Below are positions 13,640-25,243 of a stretch of 64,000 nt of DNA, piece after piece. Source of the stretch: Podarcis liolepis. Its lineage: Eukaryota. Below the pieces are notes generated by a model, which was not told the DNA's origin, did no database searches, and worked only from the letters and a program-made list of their open reading frames with translations. The first letter of the stretch is position 1. Every line of letters starts with the position of its first letter. The translations under genes were made by a program, and so were the position numbers. Location of the stretch: assembly GCA_965112155.1 (NCBI GenBank), contig OZ218101.1. The stretch is one strand, 5' to 3'.

Positions 13640-14490
13640 TTGCACGTCGAGGTCCCCAAGACACCCCCCCCCAAAGAAAAACACAATTGACACTTAATTT
13701 TTGTTTAAGGTTTTTGGCATAATTTTGGCCACAACTTTATTCAAATTACAGCAATGTGATTGGTTGCTTAGGCATTGGTAGCACTAACTGACCCTGCACG
13801 GGGACAGCTCTGACATTCGCACCCCCTGCAAAGTCAGCAAAGGTAAGTCACATGGGAGAGAGACAGGACTGGGAACCATGCCTCACCTCTCCCCAGAATG
13901 CTCCCAGGGGCTTGTGTGGCCCTAGCCCCTTGCCAGGGGGTTTCAGATAAAAGCATGAGGACCCCCTGGGTTCCTTTAATGGAAAACCCTTGAAGCAGCA
14001 GCAGCAGCATTTTGGAGGGGCAGGCACAGCCGAATTCATACCCCTCCACCGACCAATTCCAAGACCAATGCCTAACCGCAAACCTTACAAGTTGTGACAA
14101 TTTGCTACGCAGTAGGCAAAAACCAGGTGGCACACACTAATCAGCCAAATGGACAAAATTCCTACCAGGCCCCTGCCCCAAAGCAGACGACCCCATGACA
14201 GGCATAGCAAGGTCAAGCAAACAGCCTAAAATTAGGGAAGGGTGATCCGAAGTAAGCAGTGAAAAGAGGAAGTTCCTCGCTGCGAGCATTGTATTTAACA
14301 AATAGGGCTGTCAATCAACAAATGACAACATCTAGATTTCCCCAGTAACAGCCCGTCCCTGCTTAAAGGATGGCCAAACCATTTGCCTAGTAACAGTGAG
14401 GTGTCTTGTCAGCCCCGCCCGCAACCTGTGCTCTCCATGAGGGAGAACACACTTTACCTGCGCTCTCCATGAGGGACAACACGCTTTAAA
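13640..14490 (-). mobile_element. Unclassified ~0.85 kb LTR-like (possibly Ngaro/DIRS-order) solo repeat, copy A
   Basis: Reverse complement aligns with 17060-17881 (e.g. ccttgctatgcctgtc, ggtaggaattttg, aataaagttgtggccaaaat). Poly(A) signal near the 3' end, imperfect short inverted termini, no coding capacity. Confidence 0.7.
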
Positions 14491-14638
14491 GATGGAAAAA
14501 GCCATCTTTAATTTTTGATGATATATGGCTTGATGGATTTAGCATGGAGAGATTGAAACTATAGACCCCAGGATTCCCAGTGCTGATGAAGACTTCCAAA
14601 CATGCTTCTAAACTTACACTCACTCACCACAAAAACAG

Positions 14639-14670
<32 letters not shown>
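14639..14670. repeat. (AATC)n microsatellite
   Basis: Read directly from the sequence. Confidence 0.9.
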
Positions 14671-14671
<1 letters not shown>

Positions 14672-14767
14672 TTAAAAATGAGCCTCCCATTGCTCCCAAA
14701 TTTCCATCCCACTGGGAATAGTGGAGATTTGGCAGGGATCTCTCAAATGGAGCCAGTTACTTTAAGC

Positions 14768-14902
14768 CAGGCATCCCTAACCTGCATCCCTCCAGATGTT
14801 TTGGCCTACAGCTCCCATGATCCCTAGCTAACAGGACCAGTGGTCAGGGATGATGGGCATTATAGTCCAAAACATCTGGAGGGCCGAAGGTTGGGGATGC
14901 TG
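14768..14902. mobile_element. hAT-type MITE (~135 bp, quasi-palindromic)
   Basis: TIRs caggcatccc / ggggatgctg. Perfect 8-bp TSD ctttaagc at 14760-14767 and 14903-14910. Confidence 0.9.
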
Positions 14903-17059
14903 CTTTAAGCTTTAAGACAGCTCTCATAAAAAGTCCAGCATCACTCCCTTCAATTCTCAGAGAAAGCTTAGAAGACTTGGTCTGCAATAAATAGTACTGG
15001 GGAAAGGTACCCATGTTTTAGAGTTAGCCAGGATAGTCTCTTAATGGATGCTTTTAACCATGTCCATTTTTCTACCTGTTAACATTTTACCGTTTTGAGT
15101 CAAATACAAGACACTTGCACTATGCAAGGTCATTTATAATATTAATTTTCAGAAGATACTGCTAGGGGAATCCAGATTATTCTCATTTTACAGATGAGTA
15201 ATCCATGCTATATGTAAGAGTGGTTGCCTGTGAATTTAAGGCTGGGGAGTGATTTTTAGTCAGGTGGAATTTTAATGTTATTAGATCACAGAGAGTCAAA
15301 CATTATAATTGTTTTAATAACTAAAGAAACAAAGCCATAAAACACACAGGCTCTCTGTCATCTGGGAAGGGTACGTGTGGATAGAATCATGTACAGAATC
15401 ATGAGTCATGTATTTAGTACACCATCTCCAAGCTCCGTTTTTTTAATAATAAAAAAGCATTAACAGCAGCTTGTTTCATGTGCCACTGTGGCATATGAAA
15501 CAAACTTCTATTATTCAATGTCTGCCCATCATAGGAGCATTATAAGGCTGATCCAGAGATGCATCAGGAGGATGTATTACTACTGATACAGTTGAGTATC
15601 CCTTTCCCTTACCCAAATAAAGTCATATGCTAAGTTGGGATGGGAAATAAATTTGGTTCAGATGCCAATATAATGTGAACCAACCTAATTTTGATATCTC
15701 AAAACAATACACGAACAAAAAACCATGCAAAAACAAAATCAGAACAGCTATTCTTTAAAATGCGCACTGCATATTAAGGGAAGCATGTATTAGAGAAAAT
15801 AATATACCGAAAATCAATAATCATTTGTCAGTGTGCATGAAGCAGAGGACCACTAAGCATTCATTGCTCAGTGCAGGTTCTCTTTCCCACCAAATCCAAA
15901 TTTACATAGACAGAAGGCTTATGACTGGTGGGGGAGTGGGGGGAACTTCTCCTCAGGAATCCTGTCCTAAAAGACTTTCCAAAAAAGAAAGGTTGTATAG
16001 ATCTTTACACATGTCCACTGATGAGTGTTGATGACCATAGCCATCACCTCCCTCATAAATGGAACATGCAGTTGGACTTTGTTTAATGCAGCAATGGAGA
16101 GCCTGCTGCCTTTTAAATGTTGTTGGATTACAACTTCCCTTTTTAAAAACCCTTATCACACTTTTTAGGGATGATGGAAGTTGGAATCTAACAATATCTG
16201 GACAGCTGTCTGTTCTCTATCCCTGGCTTAGCAGATGAGAGGAAACGAATGTGAATAAAGGCCTTAGAGGTTAAAAGTGTACCTTAACTTCACTCACTCA
16301 CACTTTTTTTTTGCAGCTTCTTAAGTGTTTCTCATATCAGATGGAAACTCACTGATGAAGTGCAACTGTGTGGAAAATGTGGTTTCCTCATTTGAAAATT
16401 GCTGGGGGCAAAGCCATTCCTGGATTTATGTAGTTTTGCTCCAAAACCAAATACCTGTCTCCTTTAGTTAGACACCATATAACTCACTGCACACAAACAT
16501 CTTGTAATATTTTTAAGTCATACTTCGGAGATTCTGAGCTTTGTCAAGTCTTTAAAAAGTGGCAATAATTCTTATTCCTCTTTAAAAAGCGGATCTCTCT
16601 CTTATGCCTGCTTTCCAACAACAGCCGATGTTACCAGTTGTTCCTTTGTGTGACATGCATAAATTATGTAAGTTTTCAATGTCTAAAATTTTAACTTCAA
16701 ACTAAGATGGCATATATTGAACTTCTGTTGTTTTAATCAATCCTGCATGGCAGTACTGCACTAGCAATATGTTTCAAACTGAAATACAGAAAGGTCGAGT
16801 GAATAATGAAATTAAATTAATCCATTAAAACAAATACTGGGCAGACATTTGTTTTATGACAACATGGAGCTCAGATTTATGCACTATGATTGTCACAAGC
16901 CCCACTGAACTCACATGAATCATTCCAGGTTTGTAGATACTACCTTTGCTACAAAACTTTGAAGGTAGTGCTCATGGAGCTCTCTTGCAACACTTCAATC
17001 CCATAGGAACTCAGTGTGGGCCGTATGAACATACTTTTATCTGCATTATTATTATTTAT

Positions 17060-17881
17060 TACATGTTGGGTCCTCCATCATGGAGGGCACGTGTTGCAGT
17101 GAGATCACCAGAAACTGCCTCCCTGTTGTGGGACGGGACCTTTTGAATGGCCACAATGCCCCATTGATTGCCCCTCTGTTGCTGGGGCAGAAATTTGGTC
17201 AGTTGGGTTGGCTATTGGCTCCTGAGGGGCTACTTAAGCTGCTGCATGTCACTGGAGAGTTTCACTTTTGCGACGTGCAGTGGATCACCCACCCTCCTCT
17301 CCCTATATTTAGGGTTGTTCTTATGGCCTTGCTATGCCTGTCTAGGGGTCGTCTGTTTTGGAGCAGGGGCCCGGTAGGAATTTTGCCATTTGGCTGATTG
17401 GTTGGTGCCACTTGGTTTTTGCCTACCGTGTAACAAATCGTCACAACTTTGTAAGGTTAGCGGTTAGGTATTTGGTTCAATGTTTTGGGGAGGGGATGTG
17501 GTTGGCTGTGCCTGCCCCTCCATTACTGCTGCTAGAGAATTCTGTTAAAGGAATCTAGGGGCTTGCCTTGCTTTTCTCCAAACCCTGTCAAGGGGTTAAG
17601 GCCACACCAGAGCCCCTGGGAGTATCTGGGGTGAGCTGTGAGATCAAAGGAGTTCTCGCTCCCCCAGGATGCTTTCCCTTACTGACATATGGTGGTGCCC
17701 AGTGTCAGTCCTGTTCCTGCCACCATGCTGGTTCAGGTAGTCTGGAACCAAGGCCTAAGTAACCACTCACATGCTGTAATGAATAAAGTTGTGGCCAAAA
17801 TTTAATGCCAAAAACCTTAAACTAAAATCTGTGTCTATTGTGTCTTTACTCGGGGGTGGTTTTGGGGAGTTTTCACACACA
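17060..17881 (+). mobile_element. Unclassified ~0.82 kb LTR-like (possibly Ngaro/DIRS-order) solo repeat, copy B
   Basis: Homologous to 13640-14490 in the opposite orientation. AATAAA at ~17782. No clear TSD. Confidence 0.7.
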
Positions 17882-18729
17882 ATTGTTAGTTGCTTATACA
17901 AAAAAGGTCTCAAAGTGACTTAACAAGATAAGTTGCTTGCATGCAGATGAAATAGTAGGACAAAAGATTATTTGCTTCATTTCTTATGTACTGGTTACAC
18001 AGCATTTAAAGGAGAGGAGGTGAAAGCTGAAAATTCTGTGCAAAGACATTCTTGTTATTGAAGTTAGAATTTGTATAGGGCTGTAAAAGCTTTCCTTCCC
18101 CGCCTCCAAAGAAAGAAGCCAAAATTATTGGGGGGCTGAAGGAACTCCACTGTTAGGAAAAGTTTGGGGCATTTTAGTTCAGAAAGATCTGAACTTAATA
18201 GACATTTCGAAAATGTTCCAGGGTATGATGAAATTGGAGAGCTTTTCTCCCTCTCTGATAACACTAGAATCTGGAGTCCCCCAATGCATCTGAATGGTTA
18301 GAAATTCAAGAGAGACAAAAGCATATAGTGCACACAATGCATGGCCAAACTTAAAGATTCACTACCAGGAGAAGGGACGGCCACTATCTTATAGAACTCT
18401 ATATGGGGATTAGAGTAATGTATGAAGGTTTTGGCTGCCAAGAGGTACTAGTTATTATGGCTATATGAAACCTGTCAGATCCTGAATGTCAGTCACTGGG
18501 AAACAAAAGGAGGAGGGGGCTATGACTTGTAGGCTTCCCATTGGTCTGTCGCTATGAGATAAAGGATATGGAACTAGATAGACTTGACCCCCCCCCATCC
18601 CACCCGGATTTTTCAATGTGTTCATATAGGGAAGTGTCATTTGTGGACAAGATCCCATGTATATACAAAGTTACAGTACAGAAAAAAGATGAAAGACTAG
18701 TTTCCAATGAATTGTGTAGATTCACATAA

Positions 18730-18910
18730 AATTAGCACGTAATAGAGTACATACTGTGGATGCAAAAGATCCCAGGTTTCCTCCTTGGCACCTCCAGGTA
18801 GGAGTAGGAAGACCCTACTCCCATCTGAAACCCTGGAGATCCAGTATGAATCAGTGTAAACAGTACTGAGCTTGATGCACCAATGATCAGACTCGGCATA
18901 CAGTACCACC
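18730..18910 (+). mobile_element. Older tRNA-derived SINE with CR1-like tail
   Basis: Contains gcaaaagatcccaggtt...ggcacctccaggtagg...ctgaaaccctggaga...cagtgtaaacagtactgagcttgatg. Related copies at ~28265-28445 (-), ~31410-31550 (-) and ~61950-62130 (+). Confidence 0.65.
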
Positions 18911-20621
18911 CTATGCCCACTGGAATTGCTCTGCTTTTCTTCTTTGAATAGCTGGCCCTGATGCCATATTGCAAACTACTTTAGATGTTCCTCTCAATTT
19001 CAATAGCAGTTATGGCATGATGGGGGAGGACTGCTGTTGACGGGAAAATAAGTCTGAAGCCCCTTTTGAGCTCACAGAAGTAGTTTCATGGTTCATTGGA
19101 TTCTGGCCAAAGTAAACAACCTGAGATGAATTCCCCCACTCCACCCCCAAAACCGGTCCAGCTGCAATTTGGTTCAAATCGAGCTGTGCTCCATTCTGAC
19201 AATGAAATCAATAAGGGATTGCTGGCATACAGCTTCGCGAATGAGGTCCTGCACTAACCTCAATGAGCAGTGCTGACCTGGAGCAGTGCTCAGAACAGCG
19301 CTATTTGAGAGTGTTTCATGTGCTTTTTTAGCAGTTTCCTATGGCTGGTGATTGATGTGCCTACAGCCACTTGCAGCCAAAATATTTCATAAATATTGCT
19401 TCATTCCCTCTCACATGTATTAATTTAGGTCAAAAGGTCACATCTGGTGTGCCACTGTTCTATTCTTCTTTGGTGGGATGGGAGTATAGGTTCTGCCCTG
19501 GAGAAGTTTTCTATGCATTCTTTTGTAGCCTTCACAAAACTGTTGGGTAATTTCACCTCCTCCCTCTGGAAAATATTCCACAAATCACATTTTACGGCCT
19601 GCAAACAGAACTTACTTTGGGAAAGGGGGGATTTCCATACAGCCCTTCTATTCTTTTGACCAGGGAGAGAGGAAGAACATTCCAAACATCTAAGCATCGG
19701 GGTCGGGGGGAGAAGTCTCACCCTAAATAGAACAATATATCTTCAATCCTAGCTTTTGTTAGCCTTATAATGGAAAGAGGGCATTTGATTGGTTTTTGCT
19801 TCCATATTCTGTGGCAAGTAAGAATCAAGTAGCGTGCAAGGGCTTGTAGTGTTTAATTTGGCTCCTGATACAAGAAATAAGAAAATGTGAAAACAAGGGA
19901 CAGAAGGAGGTGAAAAAGAACAATTATCAGTAATAGAACAGGAAGAGGCATCCATCTCCTATGCCACAGCTTTTTAGAGTTCTTTCAGTCTCAATAGTGA
20001 AAGCAGGGGTCTTTATTGTAGGCAGAGCACTGCAAAGGGCGGCGAGGGGGGGAATCCACCATGGACACTATTTTCGGCTCAGCTTTGATTCTGCAAATTA
20101 GAAAGAAGAAAGGAAAGACCAACTTATTTTCTGAATAAAGCAGCAGCTTCGTTGTTTCCAAAACATCATTCTGAACATAATAATGTTTGCTGTACAACAA
20201 AGAATGACAAATTATAGTACGGACTGATAGATTCATTGGCAAAAGCTTTTGTAGCTTAGTGTTCACTTCATGATAAGATGCATGAAATTACACACACTGA
20301 CCTGTCTCATTTGTTGTCCTTTTTTTGGTAGGGGGGGAGGGCAGGTGACTTCTCCTATCCATGCATAAATGGACCAACAAATACTATGTATCACTCCTCG
20401 TGTTTTGTACACGTGGTCTGCTTATAATGCATTGTGCTCCTGGTGGTAAATCCATAAGGAAAATGGCTCCGTAACAGAAGTGTTGGTGAGAACATGGCAA
20501 TATAGAAAGAAGGTATGAAAATTGGCAGACAGATGCAGGCAAAAGACGTAGAGCAGAGCAAGATGGTGGAGCTAATTTCTCACACTCCCCCCCCCATCTG
20601 TCCAAGGATAAAAGGATGAGT

Positions 20622-21003
20622 ACAGATTCTCCAAGTGTCCCTATTTTTCAAGGACAATTCTGGATTTACAAAAGCCGTTCCAACTTCTGATTTGGTCCTG
20701 GAATGTCCTGCTTTTCCTTAGGATATCCTTTTCTTCATTGGAGAAATGTTGGAGAGTATGGAGCTATGTGATGCCCAAGCCAAGGAAATAAGTAACTATA
20801 CAACCTTTAGAAGACATCTGAAGGCAGCCCTGTTAAGGAAAAGTTTTTTTAAAAAAATGTTTAGTGTTTTATTATGTTTTTATATATGTTGGAAGATGCT
20901 CAAAGTGGTTGGGGCGACCCAGTCAGGTGGGTAGGGTAGAAATAGTATTAGAATTATGGAATGGGGCATCTGTATTTTCATCAGAAAAATGTTGGAGGGT
21001 ATG
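20622..21003 (+). mobile_element. Composite non-autonomous DNA element carrying a captured L2 3' end, copy 1
   Basis: Ends cagattctccaa / ttggagggtatg. Internal duplicate of the right end finishing at 20760. L2 tail sequence at ~20781-20945. Confidence 0.75.
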
Positions 21004-21529
21004 TGAACAAGAAGGTGGTTTGTACATGTATATGTACAAAAGACAGAGGTTTTCCTAAACTTTGCTGGTTGGCAAGCTAGGTGGTAAGTGAATGGGTAGG
21101 TAGGTGTGTGGCGACGCCTCTGTGCATTGGAATTTACCAGTAAAATTGCAGGCCTCTAGCAAGGCCTTTAAGATCCTGGAGAATTACCAAGCAATTTGGG
21201 CTGAGGTTAATAGAAATCTCTGTTTGTGGGATAAGCTTTTACAGGCAGAAAATAGTCCTGCTGTCTCAAAAGGATAGTTAATAGGCTTTTTCATAGTGCC
21301 TCCAATGAACTTTTTTTTTTTTACCTGGATAGTTTGAAAGGCTTGTCATGGTGATGGCTTTGTCTAGAGTACTGGTTAAATGCATGCTTCTTAAAATGGG
21401 GCAGCAGGGAACAAATATATGAATTAGAATCTAAATGACAAATGTAGTGTAACAAAACACAGACTTCAAAAAAAGCAAGTAAAAAAACTAAAAGCAACAA
21501 AAAAGGGTGAGCCTCACTTAGGCATATTA

Positions 21530-21750
21530 AAAGTCCTTTAGTGGTTTAAAAAGCTCTTCGCAGGGTAAAGCCATTAAGTTTGGCTGCAGGAGAGCCTCCT
21601 TGTAGAGAATGTTTTCTAAATGTAGTGCCACTCTTAAAAAGGCCCTTCCCTGTGCCTACCTGGTCTACCAGAGAAGGTCCTCAAAGGATGGTTTCAGAAA
21701 ACCGACAAATTCAAGTGGGAGAAGATAGCCTGGGTCCCAAGACAATCTAG
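21530..21750 (-). mobile_element. Old L2 remnant
   Basis: Degenerate similarity to the reverse complement of an L2 3' ORF region (aaaaaggccct, agaaggtcctc, gggtcccaag). Confidence 0.4.
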
Positions 21751-22042
21751 GTATGTGACATCAAAGAAAACCAGAGATATTAAATCCACTTTAGAAAACA
21801 ACCATAATCTGCCTGTTCGAAACTACTTCCAACTCTAGTTGAGCTAGTCATCAGATCTACCTCACACAGAAACTTATTGGAATGTGAGATTGCAGAGTGA
21901 CTCCCTTTTTTCCTCATTTTCTTGCTTGGCAAGCAGCACATCATCATCATCATCCATTGGCAGCTTTGTACTAGTAAAGAACACTTCTACTCACACAAAG
22001 CTAGGCACCCAATTGCCACTGACTGCGCTTACCCACCACATG

Positions 22043-22578
22043 GTAAAGGTAAAAGTAAAGGTAAAGGGACCCCTGACCATTAGGTCCAGTCATGACCGAC
22101 TCTGGGGTTGCGGCACTCATCTTGCTTTATTGGCCGAGGGAGCCGACGTGCAGCTTCCGTCTGGGTCATGTGGCCAGCATGACTAAGCTGCTTCTGGCGA
22201 ACCAGAGCAGCGCACGGAAGCGCCGTTTACCTTCCCGCTGGGGTGGTACCTATTTATCTACTTGCACTTTGAAGTGCTTTTGAATTGCTAGGTGGGCAGG
22301 AGCAGGGACATTTGTCTGCAGACAGTTTTTCCGGCTCATGTGGCCAGCATAACTAAGCCGCTTCTGGTGAAACCGGAGCAGCACACGGAAACGCTGTTTA
22401 CCTTCCTGCTGGAGCGGTACCTATTTATCTACTTGCACTTTGATGTGCTTTCAAACTGCTAGGTTAGCAGGAGCAGGGACCGAGCAATGGGAGCACCCCA
22501 TCACAGGGATTTGAACCGCCGACCTTCCTATCAGCAAGCCATAGGCTCTGTGGTTTAACCCCACAGCGCCACCCGCGT
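22043..22578 (-). mobile_element. Sauria-type SINE, chimeric with a duplicated central segment
   Basis: (ACCTTT)n tail at the left, tRNA-derived head at the right (acgcgggtggcgctgtgg on minus). Central ~150 bp is present twice. Confidence 0.9.
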
Positions 22579-24839
22579 AGCATGCACTATATCACATAAA
22601 GTTCTGACTTGTTTCCCCAACCACCAGAAGCAGTTTTCCACAGAAGCCCAAGCTGGAGTAGGGATGGGCAAAAATCAGGGTTCCCACCTTGAGTGAGCAT
22701 AAGTTTTCTGCACATGCAAAACTACCATGAATACCATACATTATTCTGATCTTCAGAAAGGAAGTGTGCTACATTTTTTAAAAAAACAACAACAACAACA
22801 CACCACCCTATTCCTCCAGTATTCTTCCAGGTGACAGTCTGCAATGCAGTGCACTCACCTTTCATTCTGCCTGGAAATCCTCTCTTATATTGTAGTTGTT
22901 TTCCTTTTTGTTGTCTTGCAACCTGAGACCATATGATGAAGGATGGGTTTGACATCCTCTTATAAACACACACACACACAAAATCAAGTATGTAAATTTC
23001 AGTGGCGGTTAGCAATAACTGAGTGACGAAGTGCCATAAAGTTTACACTGGTGCAGTATATAAACATAGGGTTTTTGTATTTTCAGGTGGGGTTCTCATT
23101 CCGCTCTGGCTATGATGCCTGCTTCAGGTGCTCTGCTTTACGTTTATTTCTGCCGCTGTTCTGCTGATTGACCAAATCGAAAGATAAATGAAGTGTTAGA
23201 GGGACAGGAACAGCTGAGCCACCGGCTTCATTGCAGAGCCCTGGGACCGTCGTCAGCTTTTGATAAGACTGCCACAGCTTGTGACTGCATCTCATAACTG
23301 TTTCATAGTTATCACACACAATCAAAGGCAGAATGAAGGGATTCTGGGAAGGCTAGATAATGACCTTGGCAAGTGGCTAGGAACAGAACTGAGAAATTAT
23401 TTACAGCACTTGCCTTGAAGGGATAATTTGGCAACGGTACTACAAAGCAGGTTTGAGAGGGCAGCGCTGAAATTAGCAAAAGACTTTTAAATATTAAAAT
23501 CCTTTAAAAATAACTGCAGGTAGAAGACAAGGAGAACAACCTCTGGGACCTATTTTCCACTTCACTGGTGGACGGCTTGCAATCTGAAATTCTGGGTTTA
23601 ATAACAAAAGACATCTTATTAAATTACACTGGGGAAAAGTCTGCTGCTTCGTGCAGGTGTCAGATTGGCACAGGTCCTAACACCTACTGTAGCTGCACAT
23701 GTTATTCTGGCATGCCAGCCAATACTTTGGGACAAATGACATGCAAGCATTATCTCCCTGAAACCTGCTGAGCTTTTAAAAAATTAAATATAATATTGGT
23801 GAGAAGAGTCTGAAAATGGGAAGATAAAAAGTCCCCCTTTACCCATATTTAAGTATGGGGTGAGACAAGTTTTGAAAACCAGAATACTGGATGATAAAGT
23901 ACAACAGTCTTGACCTTTCCAAGGTTGTAAGTGAGAAAAGACAAGAGTATTCACTGTCACTAGGAATAGAGGGATCTGCCAGTTTGGGATCTCTGTTTCC
24001 CCTTTCCCCCACAACCTTAAATTCAATTCTCCACTTTTCTACAACAATTAGCTTTTTAAAATAAATAAAATAAAAGGTCCTCATGAAAATTCATCAGCAT
24101 TTTTGTGCAAATCTGTCCCGCTAAACCTAATTTTTGTATGCAGTTTTTACTAATGTACATATTTTTGCAAATAACCCCCCCATACAACGCATTTCTGTAT
24201 GTTACCTTCAGTATATACAATATATGCATTTTTGCATATATTCCCCTAATAAATGCATTTTGGCATTACCAAATTCAGCTAAATGCAAATTCCAAAGAAT
24301 ATTTGCATTTTGGCTCACATATTGTTGTGGAAGTGTGAATTTGCTAGATTCATCTTTAATGTGAAGTGAAGTGAATTTCTCCACTGTCATCAAAAGTTAG
24401 GGAATCTAATAAAATCATGATGTCAAAGTCCTTCCAGGACCCCACACCTCAGATTCCATTCCTGACAAGCTGGAAGTTGCTCTGCCATATATCCTAAATC
24501 AGGCAAGCCTTCTTAAATTTGGCAATGCCCTTTCACCTGTTTCACAGCCACCTTCCCTATACACACACAGAAAAATCTTGCCAAGGCTCTTCAGCTGTGT
24601 TTCTGATGTTCTGCACTGCATGCCCTATCAGGAAATGATTTTGTTGTTTTGTCATGATGTGACCCAGAAGTAAAGGCAGCAAGCTGAAAATCCGGAGGCA
24701 CAGAGCAATGGCTGATTTCTGTTTGAATCCAAGGCTACAGCTATGGGAGAAACAAGACCCTTTGGGGGAGTTATGATGTGAACCATTCCACTGTAGGCTC
24801 AGTTTGTATATATGTCTAAACAAACCATATACCCTAAAG

Positions 24840-25243
24840 CAGGGGTGTCTAACTCAAATTCATCGGGGGCCGCATCAGCAGTTTGGTCACCCTCAAAGGG
24901 CCGGTTGTATCTGTAGGACTTACAGTACAGGAGAGAAGGGTTCAGGCAGCCGTTGGATCTGTCACATCACAGGATGGCATGCGCTCAATAGAAAAACAAG
25001 TGGAGGTTTCCTGAATGCATGTAAAGTGGAGGTTTCCTGTGTAGAACGGCCGGCGCCGCTAGAGGGCAGACGTTCTCTGGCTTATAGGCTGCCGCGCATG
25101 CGCTGAAAAGCGGCTTTCTTGTGTCAAAAAAAAAAAAGGAAGAATAAAAGGTGAAGGCTGGCGGCCGGCGGCGGCTACACGGGCCACATGACGAGGTCTG
25201 GCGGGCCGGATTCGGCCCGCGGGCCTTGTGTTTGACACCCGTG
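24840..25243. mobile_element. Young hAT (Charlie-like) MITE
   Basis: TIRs caggggtgtctaac / gtttgacacccgtg. Perfect 8-bp TSD ccctaaag at 24832-24839 and 25244-25251. CpGs retained. Confidence 0.9.

Noticed and set aside
13640-17881. Single DIRS element with inverted terminal repeats
   Set aside because: The two repeats are too diverged, and the interior holds ordinary genomic DNA and MITEs with no RT or recombinase remnants; two independent insertions are more likely.
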